DNA of 64,000 nt, from contig OY730476.1 in assembly GCA_963422735.1 (NCBI GenBank), forward strand, positions 4,576,001-4,640,000, read 5' to 3'. A program made the translations under genes and the position numbers. The stretch is from Candidatus Latescibacterota bacterium. GTDB lineage: Bacteria > Latescibacterota > UBA2968 > UBA8231. The notes under the pieces were generated by a model, which saw only the letters and a list, made by a program, of their open reading frames with translations, did no database searches and was not told the DNA's origin. This document shows positions 48,336 through 58,647 of this stretch, piece after piece; the stretch's first letter is position 1, and each line of letters begins with the position of its first letter.

Positions 48336-49108
48336 GAATCTACTCAATCCTCCTATTGCTGGTCCTGCTCGGCACAGTCCACTGTGCGAGCGCGCCGCGC
48401 TGGCGCAGTGATTCGGGCGACGCCGCGCCCGTCAGCCGCGAAGAATTCGACCCGCGGACCCTCGGCGAAGATTCTTTGCTAGTTGAGCCGGTGCAACGCG
48501 AGAGTCGCGACCAAACCCAAACCCCAGCGGAGCCGGCAGTCCCCGTGCAAGACCGCACCCCGGTAGCGAGATATTCGGTCTATCGCCTCCAGCTTTTAGC
48601 CCTGAGTAATGAAGCCATGGCCCGCAAGCTCCGCGCCGAACTAGAACGCGCACTCGGCGTGAGGGTCTATCTAGTGGCCCGCAACGAGCACTCGGTGCTG
48701 CAAGCTGGCCAATACGCCACCCGCGCCGAGGCCGCGGCTCTTAAGGAGCAGGTTGCCGCACTCGGATCGGACTACGCCGATGCCTATGTCGTCGAGGTCC
48801 CGGCGAGCACGGTGCCCGACTTCGAGCTGGCGGAGGCTGTGCCCGAGCAAGTGAGTACCTTTGGCTGGAAGGTGCTGATCGACCAGTTCCTATCCCACGA
48901 CGATGCCATCCGCCTCGCGGAAGAGGCCAAAAAGCACCTGAAGCGCGAAGACATCAACGTGACCTTTAAGGCACCACCTTATTACAAGATCGAAGTCGGC
49001 AACTACCGCACCGAGGCGGAAGCCCAGGCTGCGGCCGAACGAATCGGGAAGTACTACCCCAACGCCCTCAAGGTCCGCTCCCAGGTCCTCATCCCGCAAG
49101 AGGACTGA
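48332..49108 (+). CDS. Tandem SPOR-domain lipoprotein
   Basis: Lipobox-like TVHC, YRLQL, YKIEVGNY…EA. Confidence 0.8.
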   Translation: MRIYSILLLLVLLGTVHCASAPRWRSDSGDAAPVSREEFDPRTLGEDSLLVEPVQRESRDQTQTPAEPAVPVQDRTPVARYSVYRLQLLALSNEAMARKLRAELERALGVRVYLVARNEHSVLQAGQYATRAEAAALKEQVAALGSDYADAYVVEVPASTVPDFELAEAVPEQVSTFGWKVLIDQFLSHDDAIRLAEEAKKHLKREDINVTFKAPPYYKIEVGNYRTEAEAQAAAERIGKYYPNALKVRSQVLIPQED

Positions 49109-49114
49109 CGCGCC

Positions 49115-50992
49115 ATGCGCTTGTATTGCTGTGTCATTGCATTGCTGCTGATGGCCTGTGCCCATGGCAAAAGCACTGGACCTTTGGTCTTCGACGAGGC
49201 CGCTCCTGTCATGCCTGCGGACCCGCCGCCGGATACGGCCGACCTACGCGCCGTTCGTTGGCACTTGCTTCTCGCTATTGAAAGCCACGCTATAGGGCAG
49301 ACCCAACGGGCGCAAGAGGCCCTCGACGCGGCCTTAGGCATTCTCGCCGACCTCGACGCGCACGACGCGCTCGTGGATACCGCGCAGGCCGCAACTCTCG
49401 GCTTGGGTATTGAGCGGGCATACCTCAGCCTATTACCGCACCTAAAGCACTTTCCCGCCGACAGCCACTTGCCCCTCTTGCTTGAAGGGCTATCCGACGA
49501 AAAGATCGAGAACCTGCCGGCAGACGCCGAGCCTTTGATCCGCATCCACCAGCTCGGCCGCCGCTGCGACATGCCCATTGACGCCAACGCTCGCGTCGTC
49601 GCCAGCCTCCACTTCTTCCAGACGCGGGGCCGCAAGACCTTTGCCACTTGGTTGCAGCGCGCCGGGCGCTATCGCACACTGATCGTCGATATCCTCCGGC
49701 GCGAGGGGATGCCCAGCGACCTTTTTTATTTAGCGATCATCGAGAGCGGCCTCAACCCAAGGGCCTATTCGCGGTCGCGGGCCGTGGGGTTGTGGCAGTT
49801 TATAGAGCGCACCGGCCGCATGATGGGCCTCAAACGCACCCACTGGATCGACGAGCGGCGAGACCCGATCAAGGCGACCGTTGCTGCCGCCCGATACCTA
49901 AAAGACCTTTTCGCAGAGTTCGGCGACTGGCGCTTGGCCTTGGCCGCGTACAATGCCGGGCCCGGACGAGTCCGCCGGGCCATCGCCCGCGCCGACACCA
50001 ACGACTACTGGCAGCTCGATTTGCCCCGCGAAACGAAAAACTACGTGCCGCTCTTCATGGCCGCGGCCGTCATAGCCAAGGATCCACAGCTTTTTGGTTT
50101 TGAACCCCAAGCTGAAGAGCCGGCCTTTGCATACGAGGAAGTCGCCCTGCCCGAAGGCTGGCAGTATGTCGATCTGAAAGTGGCGGCCCAGCTCTTGGGC
50201 ATCGAGCGCCAGGTATTGCACGACTTCAACCCCGAGTTGCGTCAAGACATTACGCCGCCAGGATTCCGTCCGTCTTATGTTTTGAAGGTACCGCAGGGCA
50301 AGGGCCAGATTTTGCTCGACCGGTACGCTAGCCTGCCGACCCCGCAGAAGGCAGCGGTCCATCAATATCAGGTGCAACGCGGCGATACGATCTCTGGTAT
50401 CGCCTTGGCCTTTGGAGTCACCACGCGAGTCATTGCCGCGGCCAATAGTCTGAGAAACCCCAATTTCATCCGGCCGCGGCAGGTTCTCTATATCCCGGTC
50501 GCCCCAAGGGCTAAGCAAGCGAGTGGCAGCCGGGGGATCTATACCGTGCGCCCGAACGACTCGCTCAGCCGCATCGCCTCTCGGCATGGGGTGCGCCTGC
50601 GCGACTTGGTGAAATGGAATGGCCTCAAAACCACTCTGATCAAACCCGGTCAGGAGTTGCTGGTGAGACAGCAGCCTAGCGCCCGAGAGGTGCCAAGCGG
50701 CGAGACCTACACGGTCCAGCCGGGCGATACGCTGTGGGAGTTGGCCCAACGTTTTTCGGTCAGCGTCGCCGACTTGCAGGCGTGGAACGGTCTCGAAAAA
50801 GTGCTTATTAAACCCGGTCAACAGCTAACCATGGCCAACGCGCAAGCGCGGGTGTACACCGTGGTCGCGGGCGATACGCTGCACAGCATCGCCCGCAAAT
50901 TCGGTCTCGCCCCTAGCGATATTGCCCGCCAGAACAACATCGACCTCTCAGAGACGCTGCTGGCGGGCACGACCTTGCAGATTCTGAGGTGA
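49115..50992 (+). CDS. mltD: Membrane-bound lytic murein transglycosylase with 4 LysM domains
   Basis: LMAC lipobox, IIES, GLWQFI, AAYNAG, ETKNYVP, four LysM repeats. Confidence 0.9.
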   Translation: MRLYCCVIALLLMACAHGKSTGPLVFDEAAPVMPADPPPDTADLRAVRWHLLLAIESHAIGQTQRAQEALDAALGILADLDAHDALVDTAQAATLGLGIERAYLSLLPHLKHFPADSHLPLLLEGLSDEKIENLPADAEPLIRIHQLGRRCDMPIDANARVVASLHFFQTRGRKTFATWLQRAGRYRTLIVDILRREGMPSDLFYLAIIESGLNPRAYSRSRAVGLWQFIERTGRMMGLKRTHWIDERRDPIKATVAAARYLKDLFAEFGDWRLALAAYNAGPGRVRRAIARADTNDYWQLDLPRETKNYVPLFMAAAVIAKDPQLFGFEPQAEEPAFAYEEVALPEGWQYVDLKVAAQLLGIERQVLHDFNPELRQDITPPGFRPSYVLKVPQGKGQILLDRYASLPTPQKAAVHQYQVQRGDTISGIALAFGVTTRVIAAANSLRNPNFIRPRQVLYIPVAPRAKQASGSRGIYTVRPNDSLSRIASRHGVRLRDLVKWNGLKTTLIKPGQELLVRQQPSAREVPSGETYTVQPGDTLWELAQRFSVSVADLQAWNGLEKVLIKPGQQLTMANAQARVYTVVAGDTLHSIARKFGLAPSDIARQNNIDLSETLLAGTTLQILR

Positions 50993-51462
50993 CTGTGAGT
51001 GCGATCCGCCATATCCTCTTGCTAGTACTGGCCTTCACGCTGCAAACCACTTGGGTCGATTTCCTAAAAGTATGGTCGATCAAACCCGATCTATTGATTA
51101 CGACGTTGAGCTTCATCGCGCTGCGCAGCGGGCCGGTTGTCGGGGCTTATATGGGGCTGGGGGTCGGCATCCTCCAAGACATCTACCTGCCCGCCGACCT
51201 CGGAGTCAATGCGCTCGCCAAGTCGCTCATCGGCGCGGGCTTCGGCTATAGCTACGCCCGCATGGTCGCCGACAGCATCCAAGTTCAGACCGCGCTGGTT
51301 TTTGGTGCCGTGATCTGCCATGATCTCATCTACTATGTGGGTACCAGTGCCGATGTGTCCTTTGAGGTGGGCAGCATCTTGGGCCGCGCTGTGTACACGG
51401 GCCTGCTCAGTTCGGTTTTCCTAGCCGGCTTGACCCTCAAACGCCATCTCTTTTCCGCTTGA
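50989..51462 (+). CDS. mreD: Rod shape-determining protein MreD
   Basis: IKPDL, GILQD, LGVNAL, hydrophobic, directly upstream of mrdA. Confidence 0.8.
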   Translation: MTVSAIRHILLLVLAFTLQTTWVDFLKVWSIKPDLLITTLSFIALRSGPVVGAYMGLGVGILQDIYLPADLGVNALAKSLIGAGFGYSYARMVADSIQVQTALVFGAVICHDLIYYVGTSADVSFEVGSILGRAVYTGLLSSVFLAGLTLKRHLFSA

Positions 51463-53240
51463 TTATGCAACACCAGCTACAACAAGATCGACGCCCACCC
51501 TTCACCAACCTCCTCGCGCCTGTCGTCTTGCTGTTCGCGATTCTGGTCCTGCGTTTGTTCTATTTGCAGGTTATCACCTCGGCCGACTACGCTCGCGAGT
51601 CCGAGGAAAACCGCATTGCCCAGCGGCGCGTCAAGGCTCCGCGCGGGCTGATCTACGACCGAGATAGCCGCATCTTGGCCCGCACCCGGCCGTTTTACAC
51701 CGTCTCGTTAGAGCGCACCACGCGCAAGGACTTCGACGCGGCCACCGCGGCATTTACAGAAGCCACCGGGGGCACAGAACTAGATGGCGAGTACAGCCGC
51801 AGATCCCGTGTTATCCGCCTCAAGCGCGATGTTAGCTTCCGCACGGTATCGGTCGTAGAGGAGCGGCTCAAGGCCGACTGGCCCCTGCTCGACATTGAAA
51901 TCGAGACTCAGCGCTACTATCCATACGGCACGGCGGCTGCCCACCTGCTCGGCTATATCGGCATCATCGGCGACCAAGATCTACAGGGCAAAAACAGTAA
52001 CGCCTATGTGCTCGGCGATTTTATCGGCAGGACCGGGATCGAGAAGGTGTACGAGAACAGCCTGCGCGGCCGCGACGGCATGATATACGTCGAGATTGAC
52101 GCGGTCGGACGCACGGTCCGGGAGTTTCCCGAGCGCGCCCAGCTTCCCGTGCCCGGCGCGCCCCTGCACCTGACTGTTGACTTGGAGGTCCAACTCGCGG
52201 CTGAGCGCGCCCTGCCCGATAGCTTGGCCGGTGCGCTGGTCGCGCTTGACCCGCGCACCGGGGCCGTGCTAGCCCTAGCCAGCAAGCCGACCTTTGACCC
52301 CAACATTTTTGTGTCGTTCCAGGCCCAGAAGGAGCGGCAGTGGGTGCTGCAGAGCAAGGACGACGTGCTGCTCAACCGCGCCTTGCAAGGGCGTTATCCA
52401 CCTGGATCGACGCTCAAGATGGTCAGTGCCATCGCCGCGCTCGAAACGGGTGTCACCGATACGTTGAGCTTATTTGAGCCCTGCTATGGTTCACTGACCG
52501 TGGGTAGGAGCAGATTTCGCTGCCACAAGCGGACAGGCCACGGCGGCCTGACCCTCCCAGCGGCGATCGAGACCTCCTGCAACGTCTACTTCTACCATTT
52601 GGCCCGGCTGATGAGCATGGAAACATGGCACAAGTACGCGGCCAAATTTGGCTTCGGCCAGCCGACCGAGATCGTCCACTCTGGAGAAGACGCCGGCCTC
52701 CTGCCCTCGCACCAGTACTACAAAGAGCGTGGCGGCTGGTTTCTCGGCCACCTGATCAACCTCTCCATTGGCCAAGGTGCCATGATAGTCACGCCCATTC
52801 AGATGGCACGCTACGTGGCCGCCATTGCCAACGGCGGCTATTTGGTCACTCCCTACATCAGCGGCGACCCCCCCCGCAGCCAACGCATTGACGGCATTTC
52901 GCCGAGGACCTTCGCCATCGTGAGAAAGGCCATGCGCCGAGTGGTGGCCAGCGACATTGGCACCGGTCGTCGAGCGCGGGTTGACGGCGTCGCAATCGCG
53001 GCCAAGACCGGTACGGCTCAGGGGTCCAACCGAGACGACGATGCTTGGATGGTGGCCTTTGCTCCGTACGAGAATCCCACTATTGTCATAGCGGCCGTGG
53101 TCGAAGGGGGCGGCAGTGGTGGAGCACGAGTCGGCCCGGTTGTGCGCGAGGTCGTCAGAGCCTTTTGCATCCAAGAGGGCATCATTGAGCCAGAAGCAAC
53201 CGAGGCAGATACGCTCTTAGCTAACCATGGAATACTTTAG
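51459..53240 (+). CDS. mrdA: Penicillin-binding protein 2
   Basis: APRGLIYDR, PPGSTLK, SCN, KTG motifs. Confidence 0.93.
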   Translation: MIMQHQLQQDRRPPFTNLLAPVVLLFAILVLRLFYLQVITSADYARESEENRIAQRRVKAPRGLIYDRDSRILARTRPFYTVSLERTTRKDFDAATAAFTEATGGTELDGEYSRRSRVIRLKRDVSFRTVSVVEERLKADWPLLDIEIETQRYYPYGTAAAHLLGYIGIIGDQDLQGKNSNAYVLGDFIGRTGIEKVYENSLRGRDGMIYVEIDAVGRTVREFPERAQLPVPGAPLHLTVDLEVQLAAERALPDSLAGALVALDPRTGAVLALASKPTFDPNIFVSFQAQKERQWVLQSKDDVLLNRALQGRYPPGSTLKMVSAIAALETGVTDTLSLFEPCYGSLTVGRSRFRCHKRTGHGGLTLPAAIETSCNVYFYHLARLMSMETWHKYAAKFGFGQPTEIVHSGEDAGLLPSHQYYKERGGWFLGHLINLSIGQGAMIVTPIQMARYVAAIANGGYLVTPYISGDPPRSQRIDGISPRTFAIVRKAMRRVVASDIGTGRRARVDGVAIAAKTGTAQGSNRDDDAWMVAFAPYENPTIVIAAVVEGGGSGGARVGPVVREVVRAFCIQEGIIEPEATEADTLLANHGIL

Positions 53241-53243
53241 TTC

Positions 53244-54482
53244 ATGCGTCTGCTCCGCCAACTCGACTTTCCGCTCCTAATTGCAACTTTGGCGACCCTA
53301 CTGATCGGCATCATCGCAATCTATAGTGCTACGTATCACAACGACTCTACCGAGGTGCAGAACGCTTGGAGTAAGCAGGTCCAATTCGCGATCTTAGCCT
53401 TCGCCATGGCCCTAGCTACCGTATATGTCCCGGAAAAGGTCATTTACAGCGTTGCTTACCTGCTGTATCTGCTCAGCATTGTGAGCCTAGTCGCGGTGTT
53501 GGCTTGGGGCACGGGCGACGCTACCCGCTGGTTGCGCTTGGGGCCGTTGATGTTACAGCCTTCGGAGCTGGCCAAGATCGCGACCATTATCGCCTTAGCG
53601 CGCTACTTAAGCGACCGCAGCGTCGAACGCATCAATTCCTTCGGCGGCTTTCTATGGGCCTTGTTCCTCGTATTGGTGCCGATCGCTCTGATTGTGCGCC
53701 AGCCCGATTTGGGGACCGCAGTTTCCTTTGGTGCTCCGCTCTTTCCCATGCTCTATTGGGCGGGAATGCGCAAGTTCTTCGTCTTCCTCCTCCTCTCGCC
53801 GCTCATCAGCGTCTTCTGCTCTTTAGATCCACTGTGGCAGGGAGGTACTCCTTACGTCTTCGCCATCGTCTTCGTCGGCAGCACCTTCTTAATCCATCAT
53901 TTTCTGCGCCGGCCTTGGCTGACCTTTTCCATGGCCTTCATCAACACCTCGGCGGGTTTGCTCACGGTGTATTTTTTGGAGCACTTCCTGCATCCATACC
54001 AGAAGGCCCGCATTATGACCTTCTTCAGCCCAGAGAGCGATCCCCTCGCATCCGGGTGGAACATCATCCAGTCCAAGATCGCCATTGGCTCCGGGGGGCT
54101 GACGGGCAAGGGCCTGCTAGAAGGTACGCAGACCAAGCACCAGTTCCTGCCGGCAGCTCATACCGATTTCATCTTCTCGGTCATTGGGGAAGAGGGGGGA
54201 TTTGCCTTGGCCCTGATAGTGCTGAGTCTGTTCTTTTTTCTCATCTATCGGGCGCTGCGTATCGCCTCCGTGGCCAACAATGCCTTTTACAGCCTGACAG
54301 CTATCGGCGTGGCCGCGATGCTGACCTTTCACGTGTTCATCAACATTGGCATGACTATCGGCGTCATGCCCATCACCGGCCTGCCGCTGCCCCTTCTCAG
54401 CTCGGGAGGCTCTTCGCTGCTGTCCAACCTCCTTGCCATCGGCCTGCTGCTCCACATCGACACCTATCGCCACGAGTACTGA
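53244..54482 (+). CDS. rodA: Rod shape-determining SEDS protein RodA
   Basis: QPSELAK, QPDLGT, IAIGSGG, HTDFIF, GLPLP. Confidence 0.95.
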   Translation: MRLLRQLDFPLLIATLATLLIGIIAIYSATYHNDSTEVQNAWSKQVQFAILAFAMALATVYVPEKVIYSVAYLLYLLSIVSLVAVLAWGTGDATRWLRLGPLMLQPSELAKIATIIALARYLSDRSVERINSFGGFLWALFLVLVPIALIVRQPDLGTAVSFGAPLFPMLYWAGMRKFFVFLLLSPLISVFCSLDPLWQGGTPYVFAIVFVGSTFLIHHFLRRPWLTFSMAFINTSAGLLTVYFLEHFLHPYQKARIMTFFSPESDPLASGWNIIQSKIAIGSGGLTGKGLLEGTQTKHQFLPAAHTDFIFSVIGEEGGFALALIVLSLFFFLIYRALRIASVANNAFYSLTAIGVAAMLTFHVFINIGMTIGVMPITGLPLPLLSSGGSSLLSNLLAIGLLLHIDTYRHEY

Positions 54483-55541
54483 ATGCGCGTCGCTAGACAG
54501 GCCGTTTGCTGCGCCCTGCTCGGCGCGTTCGTCATCAGCAACCCGCAATGCGGTGCCTATCGAGCCGGGCACGCCCAGCTAGCGCCTGCGTATCTGCTCG
54601 ACGGCCTCTATGGCCAAGCTTTGGTTGAAACCCGCCGAGCCATCCGCCAAGACGGGCCGGACGACCGCTTGCTCCTCATTGCCGCCCTTGCCCGGCTGGG
54701 CCTAGACGAAGTGGATGCCGCACTAGAGCTAATCGGCCAAGCCATTGCCTTGGCACCGGACAACGACGATTTGTACAGGGCCCTGCGCGACATTTGTCAA
54801 AAAGAAGAGTACTTCGCCCAAACCCAAGCACTTCTTGCGCACCTGCGTGCAGACCACGGGCAGAGTGCGTCGCTGTGGGCGACCGAGGGCTGGCTCCACG
54901 CCCGTCAGGAGCGGCCCGACGCCGCTGTAGAAGCACTGGGCCAGGCCATCCAGCTCGACGAGCACCACCTCTTCGCCCACATTGAACTCAGCCGTCTCTT
55001 GATCGCCGAGGGGCGGTTCGCCGAGGCCGAGACCGTGCTCGCCGCGGCGATGCGCATCCAACCTAGTGACCCACAGCTCGTCCTCACCTTGGGGGATTGC
55101 CAACTCCGCCAGGGGCTTGCTGAACGGGCCGCCCACACTTTTGACCGCGCACTGACGGCCGGGGTCATTAGTGCAGTTGACATCGCCCTCACTTACTACG
55201 AGCACAAGTGGCCCGACCGGGCAATTGAATACTACGAGCGTGCTTTGGCCGGTACTCCAGACGATCCTCTGATCCTCAACAACTTGGCTTGGACCTATGC
55301 AGAAGAGGGCCTGCGCCTTAGCTATGCCCTGAATCTGTCGATACGTGCGGTCAAGCTCGACGCGGAAAGCCCGGTCTATTTGGACACCTATGCGGAATTG
55401 TTGCACCTGTTAGGGCGGCATGCCCACGCGGTGGCCATTATGCGCCAAGCCCTCGCACTCGAGCCAACCGACGGCGAGCACCGGGCCTATCTCGAGGGCC
55501 AGATGGCGAAATTTCGCCGTGCGCTCGCCGTGCGCCTGTGA
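54483..55541 (+). CDS. Tetratricopeptide repeat protein
   Basis: Multiple TPRs (LNNLAW, YLDT). Confidence 0.85.
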   Translation: MRVARQAVCCALLGAFVISNPQCGAYRAGHAQLAPAYLLDGLYGQALVETRRAIRQDGPDDRLLLIAALARLGLDEVDAALELIGQAIALAPDNDDLYRALRDICQKEEYFAQTQALLAHLRADHGQSASLWATEGWLHARQERPDAAVEALGQAIQLDEHHLFAHIELSRLLIAEGRFAEAETVLAAAMRIQPSDPQLVLTLGDCQLRQGLAERAAHTFDRALTAGVISAVDIALTYYEHKWPDRAIEYYERALAGTPDDPLILNNLAWTYAEEGLRLSYALNLSIRAVKLDAESPVYLDTYAELLHLLGRHAHAVAIMRQALALEPTDGEHRAYLEGQMAKFRRALAVRL

Positions 55542-55542
55542 G

Positions 55543-56571
55543 TTAGGTTCGGTAGTGTTGGTAGTCGATATCGAGATGTTCTAGCTTTGCGTACAGGCTT
55601 TTGCGCGACAGACCCACATCTTCGGCCACTTGCGAAATCACCCCGCGGTGCCGGTGCAGGGCCTCGCAGAGGAAGTGTCGCTCAAACGAGTTCCGCGCTT
55701 CCCTAAAATCGCGGTGGCTCAGGTCGGGCTCTTCTTCATCCTTCCAATGAACGATCTCTTCGGGCACGTCTTCCTCCCGCAACAAGCTATCGTTTGCGAG
55801 GAGAACCATGCGCTCGAGCGCGTTTGCCAATTGCCGCACGTTGCCCGGCCATGGATAGGTCAAGAAGTGGTTTAAGGCCGCGGCGTCGAGGCTGCGAATT
55901 TTGCACCCGTTTTGCGCCGCTAACCGACGGATAAAATATTCGATCAAAAGGGGAATGTCTCCCTTGCGCTGGCGCAGCGGCGGCAGCTTGAGCGGCACGA
56001 CGTTGAGCCGGTAGAAGAGGTCTTCGCGGAAGGTTCCTTTGCGAACCTCCTCCCGCAAATCGACATTGGTGGCGGCGATGACCCGCACATCCACCCGCAA
56101 GGTCTCCGCGCCCCCGACTCGCTCGAACTCGCGCTCTTGCAGGACGCGCAACAGACGCAGTTGTACGCGCATATCCGCCGCGCCAATCTCGTCGAGAAAC
56201 AAGGTGCCGCGATCGGCTAGCTCAAAGCGGCCTAAACGCTGGCGGACTGCGCCGGTAAAGGATCCTTTCTCATGCCCGAACAGCTCGCTCTCCAACACGC
56301 CTTCGGGTAGCGAGGCGCAGTTGAGCCGCACAAACGAGGCCCTGCGCCTTGGACTGCGCCCGTGCAAGCGCCTCGCCAGTACTTCTTTGCCCGTGCCACT
56401 TTCTCCAGTGAGGAGCACGGTCGCTGGGGACTCGGCGACCCGGTCGGCTTGGGCCAGCAGGCGGCGGACTTGGGCGTTTTGGGTGATAAATTCGGGATGG
56501 TCAGCACGGCGGGGGGAGGACGCGTCCATTTGCGTAGCCGCGTCCGAGTTAGCAGACGTACAAGAATACAC
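55543..56571 (-). CDS. Sigma-54 enhancer-binding protein lacking an N-terminal regulatory domain
   Basis: GESGTGKE, ESELFGH, GSFTGA, LFLDE, FREDLFYRL, WPGNVR, C-terminal HTH. Confidence 0.9.
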   Translation of the reverse strand: MYSCTSANSDAATQMDASSPRRADHPEFITQNAQVRRLLAQADRVAESPATVLLTGESGTGKEVLARRLHGRSPRRRASFVRLNCASLPEGVLESELFGHEKGSFTGAVRQRLGRFELADRGTLFLDEIGAADMRVQLRLLRVLQEREFERVGGAETLRVDVRVIAATNVDLREEVRKGTFREDLFYRLNVVPLKLPPLRQRKGDIPLLIEYFIRRLAAQNGCKIRSLDAAALNHFLTYPWPGNVRQLANALERMVLLANDSLLREEDVPEEIVHWKDEEEPDLSHRDFREARNSFERHFLCEALHRHRGVISQVAEDVGLSRKSLYAKLEHLDIDYQHYRT

Positions 56572-56615
56572 AAATAACCTCTCTTCCTTTTTGGATATTT
56601 AATACATAAATGAAT

Positions 56616-56643
56616 ATGATATGCAAATGAAAGCGATTGTCAA
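56616..56643 (-). promoter_or_regulatory. Putative sigma70 promoter of the enhancer-binding protein gene
   Basis: TTGACA-N16-TATCAT on the minus strand. Confidence 0.5.
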
Positions 56644-56667
56644 GAACAACTAATGCAGATGGCGGGA

Positions 56668-57444
56668 TCAGGCCAAGACAGAGGGCCTATCGGCGCAGAT
56701 CTCGGAAACCAAGCTGTTGTAGTTGCTAGTGCCTATCGATCCTGCGTCGTAGAGCACGACAGGCTGGCTAAAACCCGGAGCCTCGGCCAAGCTGATGTTG
56801 CGGCTGATGATCGTCTGATAGACCTTGTCACCGAAGTAGTTGCGCACTTCTTGAGCCACGCGGCGACAAAGCTGCAAGCGATTGTCGTACAGGGTAAGTA
56901 AAACGCCCTCGATTTCGAGGGTGGGGTTGAGATAGCGTCGCACCAAGCGGACGGAATCGATGAGCTTGCTCATACCCTCTAAGGCATAGTACTCGCACTG
57001 CACCGGGATAAGCACGGAATCGGCTGCGCTCAGCGCGTTGATTGTGAGCAAGCCCAAAGACGGCGGGCAATCGATGAGCATAAATTCGTACTGCCCCTTT
57101 ACCGGGTGTAGTGCTTTGGCTAGCCACTTGTCGCGCCCGACCATGGCGGCCATCTCCACTTCAGCACCCGCGAGACGGATGTGCCCGGGCACTACGAAAA
57201 GGTCCTTTATATAGGTGGGGAAGGTCGCCGAGGAGGTGCTGAGCTCGCCGATCAAAACCTCGTAGGTAGAGGCGTAGTCGCTACCGAACTCGGCGTCGCA
57301 GCTACTAGTCGCATTGGCCTGCGGGTCTAAGTCGATGAGTAGGGTTCGGTGCCCGGAAAGGGCTAGACAGGCGGCGAGATTGACGGCCGTAGTGGTCTTG
57401 CCCACCCCGCCTTTTTGATTGGCGATAGCGATGATTTTGCCCAT
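56668..57444 (-). CDS. parA: ParA/Soj ATPase
   Basis: [40 protein letters not shown]. Confidence 0.93.
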   Translation of the reverse strand: MGKIIAIANQKGGVGKTTTAVNLAACLALSGHRTLLIDLDPQANATSSCDAEFGSDYASTYEVLIGELSTSSATFPTYIKDLFVVPGHIRLAGAEVEMAAMVGRDKWLAKALHPVKGQYEFMLIDCPPSLGLLTINALSAADSVLIPVQCEYYALEGMSKLIDSVRLVRRYLNPTLEIEGVLLTLYDNRLQLCRRVAQEVRNYFGDKVYQTIISRNISLAEAPGFSQPVVLYDAGSIGTSNYNSLVSEICADRPSVLA

Positions 57445-57633
57445 GTCGATATTTTGCCCTAGGAAAGCTTAAAAAAGGCTTAGCTGGATAGAGAACCGCG
57501 CCAAGCGCACCTCCGAGCTATTTAACGAGCAATAAATCAAGCGGGCCAACGGACCGCTCCCACAACAGAAAGGAGCCGCCAAAACTGTACTCAGGGGAGT
57601 TGTACAGAAAGCCCTAATCACCGCCTCCCATTC

Positions 57634-57661
57634 AATATAAGGCGGTGCAACGGCTAGTCAA
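57634..57661 (-). promoter_or_regulatory. Putative sigma70 promoter of parA overlapped by an inverted repeat
   Basis: TTGACT-N16-TATATT; CACCGCCT (57619-57626) and AGGCGGTG (57640-57647) flank the -10 box. Confidence 0.5.
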
Positions 57662-57837
57662 GGGTTTGTGCCAATTTGGTTGTATGCGAGTAGAAAAAAT
57701 ACATAAGATTATATAAAATAACATGTTATAAATTTTCGACAAATGGGTTGTAGCCCCTGCGTCGCAAGGTTTTTGGGCCTGTGGCGGGCGGTTCCTTATT
57801 ATTGTTTTTCTTATGTAAAATCCAGAAGCGAAAGACG

Positions 57838-58638
57838 ATGAAAAGCGATTCCACGTTCTCAGAATTAGTTGCTATCATGGCACGTCTGCGCGGCCCCGAC
57901 GGCTGCCCTTGGGACCGCAAGCAGACGCACGCCACGCTCCGGCCCTACCTGTTGGAAGAGGCGTACGAGGCTCTCGAATCCATTGACGCGGAAGACGACG
58001 CCGAACTATGCAAGGAGCTGGGCGATGTGTTGCTGCAAGTGGTGTTCCACGCCCAGATCGCGGCCGAGGAGGGCCGCTTCGACATCGAGGCGGTCGGCCA
58101 AGCCATCGTCGAGAAGCTGATTCGCCGCCACCCCCATGTCTTTGCCGATGCGAGTGCGGACGGGGCCGACGAGGTTTTGCTCCGCTGGGAGCAGATCAAA
58201 AAGCAGGAGTGCCGGGAGCAAGGGGAAGCTGCGCCTTCGTTGCTTGAGGGCATTCCCAAGCACCTCCCCGCCTTGATGCGCGCTCATCGGATCCAAGCGC
58301 GAGTCGCACAGCAGGGGTTTGATTGGGACGGTATTGATGGCGCACTCGACAAGGTCGAAGAGGAATTCGCCGAAGTGCGCAAGGCTTGGGAGACGGGCGG
58401 GGCCGCGGCGGTCGAGGAGGAGTTTGGCGACTTGCTCTTCTCGTTGGTCAACGCCAGCCGCTTCCTCAAGGTAGATCCCGAACAGGCTCTCAGGCGTGCG
58501 GTCGCCAAGTTCGAGCGCCGCTTCCGCGCCCTAGAGGAGGCTGTGCAGGCGCGAGGTGAGGAAGTCGCCGCGCTCTCGTTGGCGGATCTAGACGCGATGT
58601 GGGACGAGGTGAAAGCGCGCGAAAAGGCCGCAGAATAA
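57838..58638 (+). CDS. mazG: Nucleoside triphosphate pyrophosphohydrolase
   Basis: GCPWD, EEAYE, ELGD, RRHPHVF, GFDW, EEFGD, KFERRF. Confidence 0.95.
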   Translation: MKSDSTFSELVAIMARLRGPDGCPWDRKQTHATLRPYLLEEAYEALESIDAEDDAELCKELGDVLLQVVFHAQIAAEEGRFDIEAVGQAIVEKLIRRHPHVFADASADGADEVLLRWEQIKKQECREQGEAAPSLLEGIPKHLPALMRAHRIQARVAQQGFDWDGIDGALDKVEEEFAEVRKAWETGGAAAVEEEFGDLLFSLVNASRFLKVDPEQALRRAVAKFERRFRALEEAVQARGEEVAALSLADLDAMWDEVKAREKAAE

Positions 58639-58647
58639 GGAGGCGAC

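Noticed and set aside
57660-57760. Replication origin or sigma-54 promoter near parA
   Set aside because: No TTATCCACA-type boxes seen; TGGCAC on the minus strand lacks a correctly spaced TTGC.
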